Shown piece after piece: positions 17,872-26,603 of a stretch of 44,370 nucleotides of DNA (position 1 is its first letter; every line of letters begins with the position of its first letter). The position numbers were made by a program, and so were the translations under genes. The notes under the pieces are model-generated. The model was not told where the DNA came from. It saw only the letters and a list, made by a program, of their open reading frames with translations, and did not search any database. The DNA is taken from positions 1-44,370 of the IMG/VR virus record IMGVR_UViG_3300031454_000238. One strand, given 5' to 3'. This DNA is from a virus. Taxonomy: Duplodnaviria; Caudoviricetes.

Positions 17872-19983
17872 TTAGTCGTCGCCGCGTATCGTCGCCGTGC
17901 CCGCGTGCGCATTGCGCACGATTGCGATGCCCGCGTGCGCAATGCGCACCATTGCGATGCCCGCGTGCGCAATGCGCACGATTGCGATGCCGTTCGTGTG
18001 GACGTACAGCGGTACGAGGCCCGTGGCGGTGCCAGTCGCCGCGATTACTCGCAACCCCGGCAGCGCGGCGATGCCCCCCGTCGTGTAGCCCGTGTACGTG
18101 CCACCGAGTTGGACGATCATCGGGGCGCGGCGTACCCCCACGCTCCCCGTGACAGTGTTCGGCGGCGTGCGCGTACCGACAATACTGGCGAGGTACGCCG
18201 TTGCCTGCGCGGTAACGGTTCCCGTCACCGGGGGCGGGGTGTAGACGCCGCTCGCCGCCACCGCCGCCGATGCGCGTTGCGCCGCGACCGTCCCGGTTTC
18301 GTTCTGCGGGGTGTACGCCCCCGTCATGGAGGCGACACGAGCGGCAGGCGTCGCGGCGACCGCGCCCGTCACCCCCGGCGCGGCGACCGCCCCCGTGAGG
18401 CCCGCGACCGGGGCGGCAGGGGTGACGGCAATCGTGCCGCCCGCGTTCGCGGGTGCCGCGAACGTGCCGCCGCTTGCGGCTGTGCGCACCCCCGGTGTCG
18501 CCGCGACGGTGCCGCTCGTGGTTCCCGCCGCCGCGACGGTGCCGGATGCGGCAACGACCATCGCCGCCGGTGCCGCGCCCATCGTGCCGGAAGCAGCAGC
18601 GGGGGCCGTATGTGTCCCCGTGAGGCCCGCCACCCGCACCGCAGGCGTCGCCGTGATCGTGCCGCTCGTCGTGACCACCGCCGCCTGCGTCGCCGCGCCG
18701 GTCGCCGCCGAGGCCGAGGCCGGGGAACTCGCGAGCAACCGAGCGGGTGCCGCACCCTGCGTTGCCGACGCCGACGCCGCAGAGACGGACGCGGGGGTAG
18801 TCGCGAGGGACTGCGCGTTCGTCGCGGTCGCGGTGGGATTCGCCGCCCCCCCCGTGCCGATGCTGACCGCCCCCGTGCCTTGCAGGGCGGTGGAGAGCGA
18901 CCCTGACGCGGCGGTGGTAGACGCCGCCGCGCCCGTGAGGGATTGATCGCTCGCCGCCGCAACCTGCGCAAGGCTTGCCGCCGCAACCGATGCCGACGCC
19001 ACAGCAGCCGCGAGGGGCTGCGCGTTCGTCGTGGTGGTGGGATTCGCCGCCCCCCCCGTGCCGATGCTGATCGGTGCCGTGCCTTGCAGGGCGATGGCGA
19101 GGCTTGCGGACGCCGCCGATGCCGAGGAAGCCGCGCCCGTGAGCGGCTGCGCCGATACCCCGACCCGCGACAGGGACCCCGCCGCTATCGAAGCCGAGGT
19201 CGCAGCACCCGCGAGAGATTGCGCGGTCGTGGTCGCGGTGGGGGTTGCGGTACCCCCGGTGCCGATGCCGACCGCGCCCGCGCCTTGCAGGGCGGCGGTG
19301 AGGGAACCGACGGCGGCACTGGCGGAGGCCGCCGCACCCGCCAGCGATTGCTGGCCGATGGTCGCCTGTACGAGGCCCGCGACCACGGCGGTCGCGGATG
19401 CCGCCGCCGAAGCGAGCGACTGCTGCCCCGCCGCGCCCCGGCTGAGGGCGGCAACGGACGCCGACGCCGACGCCGACGCACCCGCGATGCTCTGCGCGTT
19501 ACCGACCGTCTGCGTCAGGGTCGCGCCGATGCCGGAGAAGGAATCCCCCGCCCCCGTGAGCAATCGGGGCGGGGCGGCGTCCCGCGTCGCCGTTCCCGCC
19601 GCCGCCGAGAGGGATGCCGCACTGCCCGCGAGGAGTCGAGGCGTTGCCGCCGCCTGCGCGATGCTTGCCGTCGCTGCGGAGGCCGATGCAGCCGCGCCCG
19701 CCAGCAACCGAGCGGTCGCGGCATTCTGCGTCGCCGTCGCCGTTGCCGCCGACACGCTGCCGCTCGTACTCGCGACCGATTGCCCCGCCACACCCTGCGT
19801 GAGCGTGCCCGTGGATGCGGTCGTCGTGCTACCGGCACCGGTCAGCGCGCCCGCGCCCGCGTCCCCGGCGGCCACATCGTCGGGCAACCCCTCCAAGAAC
19901 CGCGTCGTGTAAGGCTGGAACGCCGCGCCCCGCCCGCCGATACGCTGCGCCAGCATACCGGGGAGTCGCCTCGTGAATGGCAC
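17872..19983 (-). CDS. Ala/Thr/Gly-rich repetitive fibre-like protein
   Basis: 703 aa; LAGAAASAS repeats; three ALQGxGxxxIGTGG.A.PT repeats; C-terminal 10-aa repeats. Confidence 0.7.
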   Translation of the reverse strand: MPFTRRLPGMLAQRIGGRGAAFQPYTTRFLEGLPDDVAAGDAGAGALTGAGSTTTASTGTLTQGVAGQSVASTSGSVSAATATATQNAATARLLAGAAASASAATASIAQAAATPRLLAGSAASLSAAAGTATRDAAPPRLLTGAGDSFSGIGATLTQTVGNAQSIAGASASASASVAALSRGAAGQQSLASAAASATAVVAGLVQATIGQQSLAGAAASASAAVGSLTAALQGAGAVGIGTGGTATPTATTTAQSLAGAATSASIAAGSLSRVGVSAQPLTGAASSASAASASLAIALQGTAPISIGTGGAANPTTTTNAQPLAAAVASASVAAASLAQVAAASDQSLTGAAASTTAASGSLSTALQGTGAVSIGTGGAANPTATATNAQSLATTPASVSAASASATQGAAPARLLASSPASASAATGAATQAAVVTTSGTITATPAVRVAGLTGTHTAPAAASGTMGAAPAAMVVAASGTVAAAGTTSGTVAATPGVRTAASGGTFAAPANAGGTIAVTPAAPVAGLTGAVAAPGVTGAVAATPAARVASMTGAYTPQNETGTVAAQRASAAVAASGVYTPPPVTGTVTAQATAYLASIVGTRTPPNTVTGSVGVRRAPMIVQLGGTYTGYTTGGIAALPGLRVIAATGTATGLVPLYVHTNGIAIVRIAHAGIAMVRIAHAGIAIVRNAHAGTATIRGDD
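17898..17987. repeat. Three tandem 30-bp units, each with an internal inverted repeat
   Basis: TGCCCGCGTGCGCA(T/A)TGCGCAC(G/C)ATTGCGA x3. Confidence 0.9.
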
Positions 19984-20044
19984 GACGCCCCCCTCACACG
20001 CGCAACAACGGTAGCCGGATGCCTTACACTATCGTCTGTGGCAA

Positions 20045-20476
20045 CTATTCATCGTATACACAGTAAACGTCTGCAGGGGAGACGGCCGAGAGGTTCCACA
20101 GCACGAGGCTACCCCCGGCGGGGATCACGATACCGATTGGCCCGAACTCCCACCCGATGCCGCTGCCGATGCTGGCGGGAAAGCCGACCCGTCGCAGAAA
20201 GGCGGCGGGGGTCGTCGGCCCCGTCCCCCATGTGGTCGCGGCAACGCCCGTGCCCGCCACGTCGCCCACGTCTTCGGGGAGGCCCGTCGCGGTGCCGCCG
20301 GGGGTGACGCCGATGGCGGCGGGACGACCGAGGCCGAACGTCGAGGCGGTCGCGGCGGCAATCGTGATGCCGATTTCCAACAGGCGCACCCGGTCGGAGG
20401 CGGCGGCCCGTAACTCCCAACACGCCGCCCCCGTGGTTGCGACGCTCGTTCGTACCGCGACGGCATAGCGAGACAT
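20045..20476 (-). CDS. Probable virion structural protein
   Basis: SD AAGGAG; beta-rich 143 aa within the fibre cassette. Confidence 0.65.
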   Translation of the reverse strand: MSRYAVAVRTSVATTGAACWELRAAASDRVRLLEIGITIAAATASTFGLGRPAAIGVTPGGTATGLPEDVGDVAGTGVAATTWGTGPTTPAAFLRRVGFPASIGSGIGWEFGPIGIVIPAGGSLVLWNLSAVSPADVYCVYDE

Positions 20477-20491
20477 GCGTTGCTCCTTGCC

Positions 20492-20566
20492 CTAATAGCC
20501 ATCCGTGACCGCTTGGGCCAGTTCGTTGGCGTACGTGTTCGGGTACTGTCCGGCGTTGTTATTGAC
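20492..20566 (-). pseudogene. Displaced original 3' end of the GH5 gene 21177-22763
   Basis: VNNNAGQYPNTYANELAQAVTDGY*; last 10 aa identical to the GH5 C-terminus. Confidence 0.85.
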
Positions 20567-20674
20567 TTGTTTTCCCTTGCCACAGCAAGGAAAATCGGCT
20601 ATAATAGATGCACCCGCGCTGCTACTAACAGCCGGGTGCGTGTCACTCCCCGAACCTAGAAGGAGGTTCAGTTC

Positions 20675-21160
20675 ATGCCCCTCAATGGTACGAAAAACTG
20701 CCAAGCCTGTCGCCTCCCCTTTCCCCGTGAGGACTACGCCCAAAAGTGGCGAAACGAGAAGCCGAACGGACGCGAAGCCTACTGCCCATCGTGCATGGAA
20801 GAACTGCGAGAGCGGCGACCGATCAAGCGTGCCGCACCAACCCTTCCCTTTGAGGAACGGTTCTGGCGTCGCGTCGCACGTCCGTCCGATGCGCCCAACG
20901 TGTGTTGGGAGTGGCAGGGCGGGTCTACTATCGGCGGCTACGGCAATTTCGGCACAGGCGAGTGCATCTACCTCGCGCATCGCGTCGCATACGAACTCGC
21001 GGTTGGGCCAATCCCGCCCGGCCTTCTCGTGATGCATTCCTGCGACAACCCGCGCTGCTGCCGTCCGTCGCATCTTTCCGTCGGCACCTATGCCGACAAC
21101 ACTGCGGACATGATGGCCAAGGGACGCGGTAGCAAGGGGCCGCAAAAAGTCAGTCGGTGA
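20675..21160 (+). CDS. HNH homing endonuclease with N-terminal Zn-binding motif
   Basis: CQAC...CPSC; ERFW...CWEWQG...GYG...AHRVAY...VMHSCDNPRCCRPSHL...DN. Confidence 0.92.
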   Translation: MPLNGTKNCQACRLPFPREDYAQKWRNEKPNGREAYCPSCMEELRERRPIKRAAPTLPFEERFWRRVARPSDAPNVCWEWQGGSTIGGYGNFGTGECIYLAHRVAYELAVGPIPPGLLVMHSCDNPRCCRPSHLSVGTYADNTADMMAKGRGSKGPQKVSR

Positions 21161-21176
21161 ACGCCGCTGCCCCTTG

Positions 21177-22763
21177 CTAATAACCATCGGTCACGGCCTG
21201 CGCCAGTTCGGTTGCATATGAAGCGGTGTAAACCCCATCGTTTCCGGAAGTAGCATTCCAGTAATGATGCGCCTCGTAGACAATGTTCGTTGCGCTCACG
21301 AACGGCACCGGGTGGTTCGTGGCGAAGGTTTTGATATCGCCGTAGCGATACCCGCTCACCATGATCGGACGCGCATCGTCGACGCGAATCGCGTTCGCCG
21401 TGGTGTTGGCGATGCCCTCCCACACCTGCGATGCCGTCTTCCCGCCGCTGATGCTCCCTTGCTGTACGGTCCCCATCAGCGCGGTCACGCTCGTGCCGTT
21501 GCCGCCCCCCGCGTAAATCGTCGGCACGAGGTCCTGCACCGCCGCCAATTGCGCGGCGGTGAACGTCCCCTGCACGTCCGTCCACTGCCCCGCGACGAGC
21601 GGCACGCCCCCCTGTGTGGGGTTCTGATCCGCGAAGGCGGCGTTGTAGAACGCCCAATTGAAAGCGAAGTTCCCCACGGTGCCTGCGGGAAGGTAAACGG
21701 AAGCGCGGAGCGTCAAGCCGTTGGCCGACCAGTTGCGGGCGGTGTTCGCGCCCTCGCGCAGGCGATACCCGGTGTAATTTCCCGTGTACGTCCCGGTGAC
21801 CGCCAGCGTCGGTTTGCCGTCCGGTGCGAGCGTCGCGCTCGCGACCATCGCCGCGCCGCTGCCCTCGTAGTTCCACCCGGCGCGACCATTCGTGAAATCG
21901 TAGCGGGTTGTGTTGTTGGCGAACGTTCCCGGCTCCGGGTTGAGGTCGTGCGGCTCGTTCATGATGCCGTAGCCGAGCACAAAATCGCCCGCCGCGTGCC
22001 CGCGCACGAACGTGCCCATGCGCGTCCAGAAGTCCGCGAGGTTCGACGCGGTGGCACTCGTGAGCGGCACCCCGCCGCTGGTCTCGCTCGTATTGCCGAC
22101 GGGCGAGTAGCGACCGTAGTTGTGCAGATCGAGGATGATCTTGATGCCCTTCGCCTTCGCGTCGGCGAGCATCTGCCCCAACTCGGTCAGGCGCGTGGTG
22201 TCGAGGGCCGCGTTGAGCGTCGGCTGCACCCGCTCCCACATCATCGCCAGCCGGGCAAGTTGCACATTATTCGCGCTCAGGTAGTTCCACGAAGCGAGCT
22301 GCGTGGTCGTGAAGTACCGCGCCGGGTCGCGGTTCGCCCCGAACGCCGCCGCCCCGAACTCCCAGCCCGCGACGCCGACGCCGATGCGAGCACTCATGTA
22401 CTGGGCCGCCAACGTCGCCTCGGACGCGGAGACGGCGCGGTTGATCGGGTCGCCGCTGTTCAGGTTCGAGTGCAGCGCGAGGATATACGTACCCCACCCC
22501 TCGCCGCTGCTCCATTGCGTGCCGTAGTGGTTGGCGTTTCTGAGGGCGAGATAGTAGTTGTCGAGCAGGTTGTTCCAACTCGCCTGCTCGCTCCCCGCGT
22601 TGTTCGGGACGCCGAACTCGCCGACGTACCCCGTCGCACCGTACAGGGCGCAGTAGTCCGTGAACGCCGCCAACTCCGCGAGGGTGCGGCGCACCAGGGC
22701 GTCGGTGGGCTTCGGGGGGGGGATCGGCCTGGGTGATACCGATTTGCGGCGTCGGGTCGGCAT
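21177..22763 (-). CDS. Circularly permuted GH5 glycoside hydrolase with inserted beta-sandwich (CBM-like) domain
   Basis: GEFG and WSSG precede GVGVAG, WERVQP, ILDLHNYGRY, MNEPH, YEAHHY; ~170-aa insert after NEP. Confidence 0.85.
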   Translation of the reverse strand: MPTRRRKSVSPRPIPPPKPTDALVRRTLAELAAFTDYCALYGATGYVGEFGVPNNAGSEQASWNNLLDNYYLALRNANHYGTQWSSGEGWGTYILALHSNLNSGDPINRAVSASEATLAAQYMSARIGVGVAGWEFGAAAFGANRDPARYFTTTQLASWNYLSANNVQLARLAMMWERVQPTLNAALDTTRLTELGQMLADAKAKGIKIILDLHNYGRYSPVGNTSETSGGVPLTSATASNLADFWTRMGTFVRGHAAGDFVLGYGIMNEPHDLNPEPGTFANNTTRYDFTNGRAGWNYEGSGAAMVASATLAPDGKPTLAVTGTYTGNYTGYRLREGANTARNWSANGLTLRASVYLPAGTVGNFAFNWAFYNAAFADQNPTQGGVPLVAGQWTDVQGTFTAAQLAAVQDLVPTIYAGGGNGTSVTALMGTVQQGSISGGKTASQVWEGIANTTANAIRVDDARPIMVSGYRYGDIKTFATNHPVPFVSATNIVYEAHHYWNATSGNDGVYTASYATELAQAVTDGY

Positions 22764-22845
22764 GTCTCATCCCTCCCTGTCCCGTGGGTGCTACCGTTTG
22801 CGCGGCGGCGACGGTGGCGATATTTGCCACCACAAATATTTGTTA

Positions 22846-23298
22846 CTATGCGAGAGAGAGCGTCATGGCACCCACGGCGAAATACACGTCCTGGCCATTG
22901 GTAACTGCGGTGCCGGTGATGGGGCCGGAGGCGATGACATTCGCGGCCGCACCGAGCGTGGCACTGTCGAGCACGACGAAGCCCGTGGGGGTCGGCCCGG
23001 TGCCGGTGATCGCCGCGTTGCCCGCCGCGAAGCGGATGATCGCGCCGTTCGCCTTCGTCACCGTGCTGGTCGCGGTGTTCGTGGTCGCGGCGGGCCAGTT
23101 GGCGGCGTTGTTCGTGACGGCGACGCGCCCGTAGTTCGTCCAGTTGGTGGTCGTCACCTCCGTGAAGGTGCCGTTCGCCCGCTGGATATCGGTGTTCGCG
23201 TCGGTGACGAGGGCGACGTAGACGGTCGCGGGGGTGCCGTTGCCGAGGGCGGCGTCGAGCGAGGATGCCTTGCGCGAGTTCGACATGCCGATGGCCAC
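22846..23298 (-). CDS. Small fibre-type structural protein, paralogue of the N-terminal domain of 23352-24938
   Basis: TVYVAL...FTEV...NYGRVAV.N...NWPAA...KANG...F.VGA. Confidence 0.75.
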   Translation of the reverse strand: MAIGMSNSRKASSLDAALGNGTPATVYVALVTDANTDIQRANGTFTEVTTTNWTNYGRVAVTNNAANWPAATTNTATSTVTKANGAIIRFAAGNAAITGTGPTPTGFVVLDSATLGAAANVIASGPITGTAVTNGQDVYFAVGAMTLSLA

Positions 23299-23351
23299 GG
23301 GTCATCTCCTTTCAGGGGGGTGCGGGGAGGCAGATGTCCCCCACGGTGCGA

Positions 23352-24938
23352 CTAGAAGCCGTTCGCCACGGCATCGGACAATTCTTCGGCATAGGTGGCA
23401 CAAAAGTTACCAGATAACCCGCCCTCGCCGCCGCGACCGGCCCCCGGCGCGTTGAACGGCGAGTAGTTCGGGTAGAAGTGCAGGCCGTAGTAGTCGCAGT
23501 TCGGCGCGAAGTCGGTGGTGTGACTCTGCATGAACGATTCGAGACCGCAGTAGAACCACGCCGGGGCGATCACGGGCGGGCCGGTGGGATGCGCGGTCTT
23601 CACGGCATTGACCACGGTGTTGCAGATGCTCTCCCAGTCGGCGGCACTCCCCGCCTTGACGGGCTCGTTCATCAGGTCAAGCGCGAAGATCGTGCCCTTG
23701 CGGAGTGCGTCGAGCGCAAGCCACGTGTTCATCCGCACCCAGAAATCGCTCAGGTACCCGGCGGTGCCGGGCGTCAGGGCCACAATCGCGTTGTTCACGG
23801 TGTAGCGACCGTAGTTGTGGTTGTCGAGGATCACCTTGATCCCGTGGTTGCGGGCGTAGGTGAGGATCGTGTCGAGTTGCGCGAGGCGGGCGGTGTCCAG
23901 CGGGCCGTTGATCGTCGGCTGCATCCGTTTCCACATCATCGGCAGGCGGATCAGTTTGACGCCCTTCCCCTCCAGATAGGCCATGTCCGCGTCGGTGGCG
24001 AACCACCCTTCCGCGCCATACGACGGGGAAGGTTCCTCTGGGGAATCCTGATCCATGATGTACTCGAACCCGGCGAGGTTGACGCCGATCCGGGTGGACA
24101 TGCGCGGCGTCAGCACGGGGCCGGGGGGGTACTCGGTGTTGATGCCCGTCCCGGCAGCGTTGTTGCCCCACGCCACCACGGGGTCAAGTTTGGGGCTAGG
24201 GGTAGCGTAGTAGTCGCTCGATGCGCGACCCGCCTGCCAATAGGTCGCCGTCGCCGTGGGGATGGCGGCGAGTTTGTCGAGATAGCGGTCGAGCGCGTTG
24301 TTCCAGAGCGGCTGCTCGGAGGCGACGTGGTTCGGCCCGCGATGGGGGATACCCAACTCGCCGATGAACATCTTCTTGCCCCACCCCGTGATCCGGGTGT
24401 TCGCGGCGTCGAGGCGCGACCGTATCCGCCGCGTGTAGGCGTCGTCGGTTGCGGCGGCGGGCGCGACCGGAGCGGCAGCGGTACCCGCCGCCCCGATGAT
24501 GAGGCTCGCCGCGCCCACCGCGAAGGAGACGGTGATACCCTGTCCCACGTCGAGGGCGGGGGCGAAATCCACGTAGGCGAGGATGTTCCCGCCCGTCGCG
24601 GCATCGGCGTAGAAGAGGCCGCGTACCGTACCCCACGCGGCGGCGGCGGCACCGAACGAGAACACCGTGCCGTTCGCTTTGATCGCCCCGCTGTTCGCAG
24701 GCGTCGCTGCGGCACTGGCGGCGGCGGCGGGCCAGTTACCCGGCGTGTTCGGCACGGCGATGCGGGCATAGCCGCTGCCGCTCAACTCCGTGAACGTCCC
24801 CGCCGCCTTCGCCGCCGTCACGCCCGAAGCGTCGGTGTAGAGGCCGACGTAGAGGGTAGCCGGGGGCGCGATGTTCACGCCACCCCACCAGAAATCGAGG
24901 GATTTCGTCGCCGCATAGAGCGTGAGTTGCGATCCCAT
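23352..24938 (-). CDS. Fibre-type N-terminal domain fused to a circularly permuted GH5
   Basis: TLYVGLYT...ELSGSGYARIAV...YADAATGGNIL; then IGELG, YWQAG, GVNLAGFE, IRLPMMWKRMQP, ILDNHNYGRY, LMNEP, LHFY. Confidence 0.85.
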   Translation of the reverse strand: MGSQLTLYAATKSLDFWWGGVNIAPPATLYVGLYTDASGVTAAKAAGTFTELSGSGYARIAVPNTPGNWPAAAASAAATPANSGAIKANGTVFSFGAAAAAWGTVRGLFYADAATGGNILAYVDFAPALDVGQGITVSFAVGAASLIIGAAGTAAAPVAPAAATDDAYTRRIRSRLDAANTRITGWGKKMFIGELGIPHRGPNHVASEQPLWNNALDRYLDKLAAIPTATATYWQAGRASSDYYATPSPKLDPVVAWGNNAAGTGINTEYPPGPVLTPRMSTRIGVNLAGFEYIMDQDSPEEPSPSYGAEGWFATDADMAYLEGKGVKLIRLPMMWKRMQPTINGPLDTARLAQLDTILTYARNHGIKVILDNHNYGRYTVNNAIVALTPGTAGYLSDFWVRMNTWLALDALRKGTIFALDLMNEPVKAGSAADWESICNTVVNAVKTAHPTGPPVIAPAWFYCGLESFMQSHTTDFAPNCDYYGLHFYPNYSPFNAPGAGRGGEGGLSGNFCATYAEELSDAVANGF

Positions 24939-24977
24939 GTCGGCCCCTCCCTCGTGTCAAGTCCGTTTCTTGGGCAC

Positions 24978-25005
24978 AAAAAAGGCACAGCCGCGTGACC
25001 GTGCC
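24978..25005 (-). terminator. Intrinsic terminator after the portal gene
   Basis: GGCACGGTC-ACGC-GGCTGTGCC-TTTTTT on the minus strand. Confidence 0.75.
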
Positions 25006-25064
25006 GTACGAGGGAACGGAATGTTGTTAGGCGGGCGGCGCGGACAGGATCGTGAGCGCACCGT

Positions 25065-26603
25065 TCACGCCGCCACCCCTTGCCGTCCCTGCGCCCCCGG
25101 TGGCAGCACCGTGCCGGGGGGCATCGGCTGCACCGCCAACGCGGGCGGCGTGTCGCGCTTCCGCTGCGCTTCCTTTTCCGCCATGATGCGAGAAATGTCG
25201 TCTATACTATAGTCCAAGCGTCGCAAAATTTCCTCCTCGCTGAGGAAATCCGCGACCAGTACCACGCCCTGCGCAACCTCGAACTCGTCAACCGGCAGGA
25301 CGGGCCGTGCCGCGAAGGTGAAGTCGAGCAGGCCCGCCTCGTACGCGCCCGGCGTCGGAAACCCCGGCAGGCCCGCCGCGCCGCCGATGGACAACGCCAT
25401 CTGCAACCCGCGAATCATCCCGGTCTCGCCGTTGCCGCGTGTCTCGAGGATGCGCCCGATGCCGGGGGCGAGGAGCAGTTTCGCGGCCCGTGCCGACAGT
25501 TGCCCGCCCATCTCGTGCAGGCGCAGCAACGCCAGTTCGGGGAGGTCGGCCTCCAACTCGCGCATCATCGCGTCGAGGATGGCGAGGGCGGCGGCGTAGT
25601 TCAGGTTCGGCACGAGCGATTCCAGTTTGCTCATGCCGGGGAGGTAGAAGATGTCGGCGTCCGCTTGGCTCACCGTGCCGATGGGCGTGGTGCCGTCGTC
25701 GGCGAGTTCGGGGGCGGGCATCGGGCGACCGGCGCCGTCGATCTGGTTCGCCGTCACCGCCCACGTCGGCTTGTTGAAGCGGAACAGTTGGCGGTGCAGG
25801 TTCGTCGCCATGCGGTCGGCTTCGGTGATCTTCGTCAGCGCGTGCGTGAATGCCCCGGCACCGCGCGTCTCGCCGATGTCGCGGTGCGGGATGTGGACGA
25901 TGGGGACGAAATCTATCCCCCACTGCGACAGGGGCGTCTCCACGTCCGGCGTGCCGAGGTCTTCGAGGCGCGTCCCCGCATTCCCCCGGTGCCGCCACTG
26001 GCGCAATGCGGCCTTGTCCCATACCTCGGTGTCCGTCCATTGCTCGTCCACACCACCCACGCGCACCGTCACCGCCACGTCTATGCGGCAGGTGGTCACA
26101 TAGCCGCGTTCGTCGGTGGCGAAATCCGTCACCGTCTGGGGGCGCAGGACCTCCATGAAGACGCGCTTGACCACCCCCGCATCGTCGGTGCGCGTCGCCG
26201 CTTTCAGGAAGGCGTCGCCGTACGTGGGCAGGTCGCGGGCGAGGACTTGCTTGCTACTGCTCCAATTCGACCACGTGAATATTTGCGCAATCGCATCAAC
26301 CAAACCGGGAAACGCCGTCTCACCCGCCTCGATGGGCAGGGCGTCGGGGAGGGTCCCGGGCCACAGGAACGTACAGTAGGATTCGGTCACGCGGTTCGCT
26401 ACGGTGCGTAACGGTAAGGTCGTGTCGCTACCCAGCTGGTCGTAGCCGCCCGCGAGCAGCCGTTCGTACACCGAATTGCCATCGCGATACGCGGCGAGGG
26501 CGTCGTACAGTTCGGTGGCGGGCGACGGCCCCGGCCCCGCGACGAACACGGGCGTGCCGAGGGTGCGGGGGAAGAGGCGGCGCAGGAAGTCGAGGACACC
26601 CAC
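25065..26603 (-). CDS. Portal protein
   Basis: 512 aa directly after terL; YGDAFLK, FVPIVHIPH motifs. Confidence 0.85.
   Translation of the reverse strand: MGVLDFLRRLFPRTLGTPVFVAGPGPSPATELYDALAAYRDGNSVYERLLAGGYDQLGSDTTLPLRTVANRVTESYCTFLWPGTLPDALPIEAGETAFPGLVDAIAQIFTWSNWSSSKQVLARDLPTYGDAFLKAATRTDDAGVVKRVFMEVLRPQTVTDFATDERGYVTTCRIDVAVTVRVGGVDEQWTDTEVWDKAALRQWRHRGNAGTRLEDLGTPDVETPLSQWGIDFVPIVHIPHRDIGETRGAGAFTHALTKITEADRMATNLHRQLFRFNKPTWAVTANQIDGAGRPMPAPELADDGTTPIGTVSQADADIFYLPGMSKLESLVPNLNYAAALAILDAMMRELEADLPELALLRLHEMGGQLSARAAKLLLAPGIGRILETRGNGETGMIRGLQMALSIGGAAGLPGFPTPGAYEAGLLDFTFAARPVLPVDEFEVAQGVVLVADFLSEEEILRRLDYSIDDISRIMAEKEAQRKRDTPPALAVQPMPPGTVLPPGAQGRQGVAA

Noticed and set aside
17898-17987. 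CRISPR array
   Set aside because: No spacers; in-frame coding repeat; no cas genes
15860-21180. Group I/II introns around the HNH genes
   Set aside because: ORFs are antisense, flanks are short, no intron core recognised, and duplicated termini make splicing unnecessary
20492-21187. 231-aa minus-strand ORF as a real gene
   Set aside because: Mostly antisense of the HNH gene; only the last ~24 codons are meaningful as the GH5 remnant
20492-23420. Diversity-generating retroelement to explain repeated GH5 termini
   Set aside because: No reverse transcriptase; differences are synonymous and not adenine-specific
13053-24450. DDAYTRR shared by the adaptor C-terminus and the GH5 linker
   Set aside because: Only 7 aa, different codons, and the adaptor copy is constrained by the next SD; probably chance
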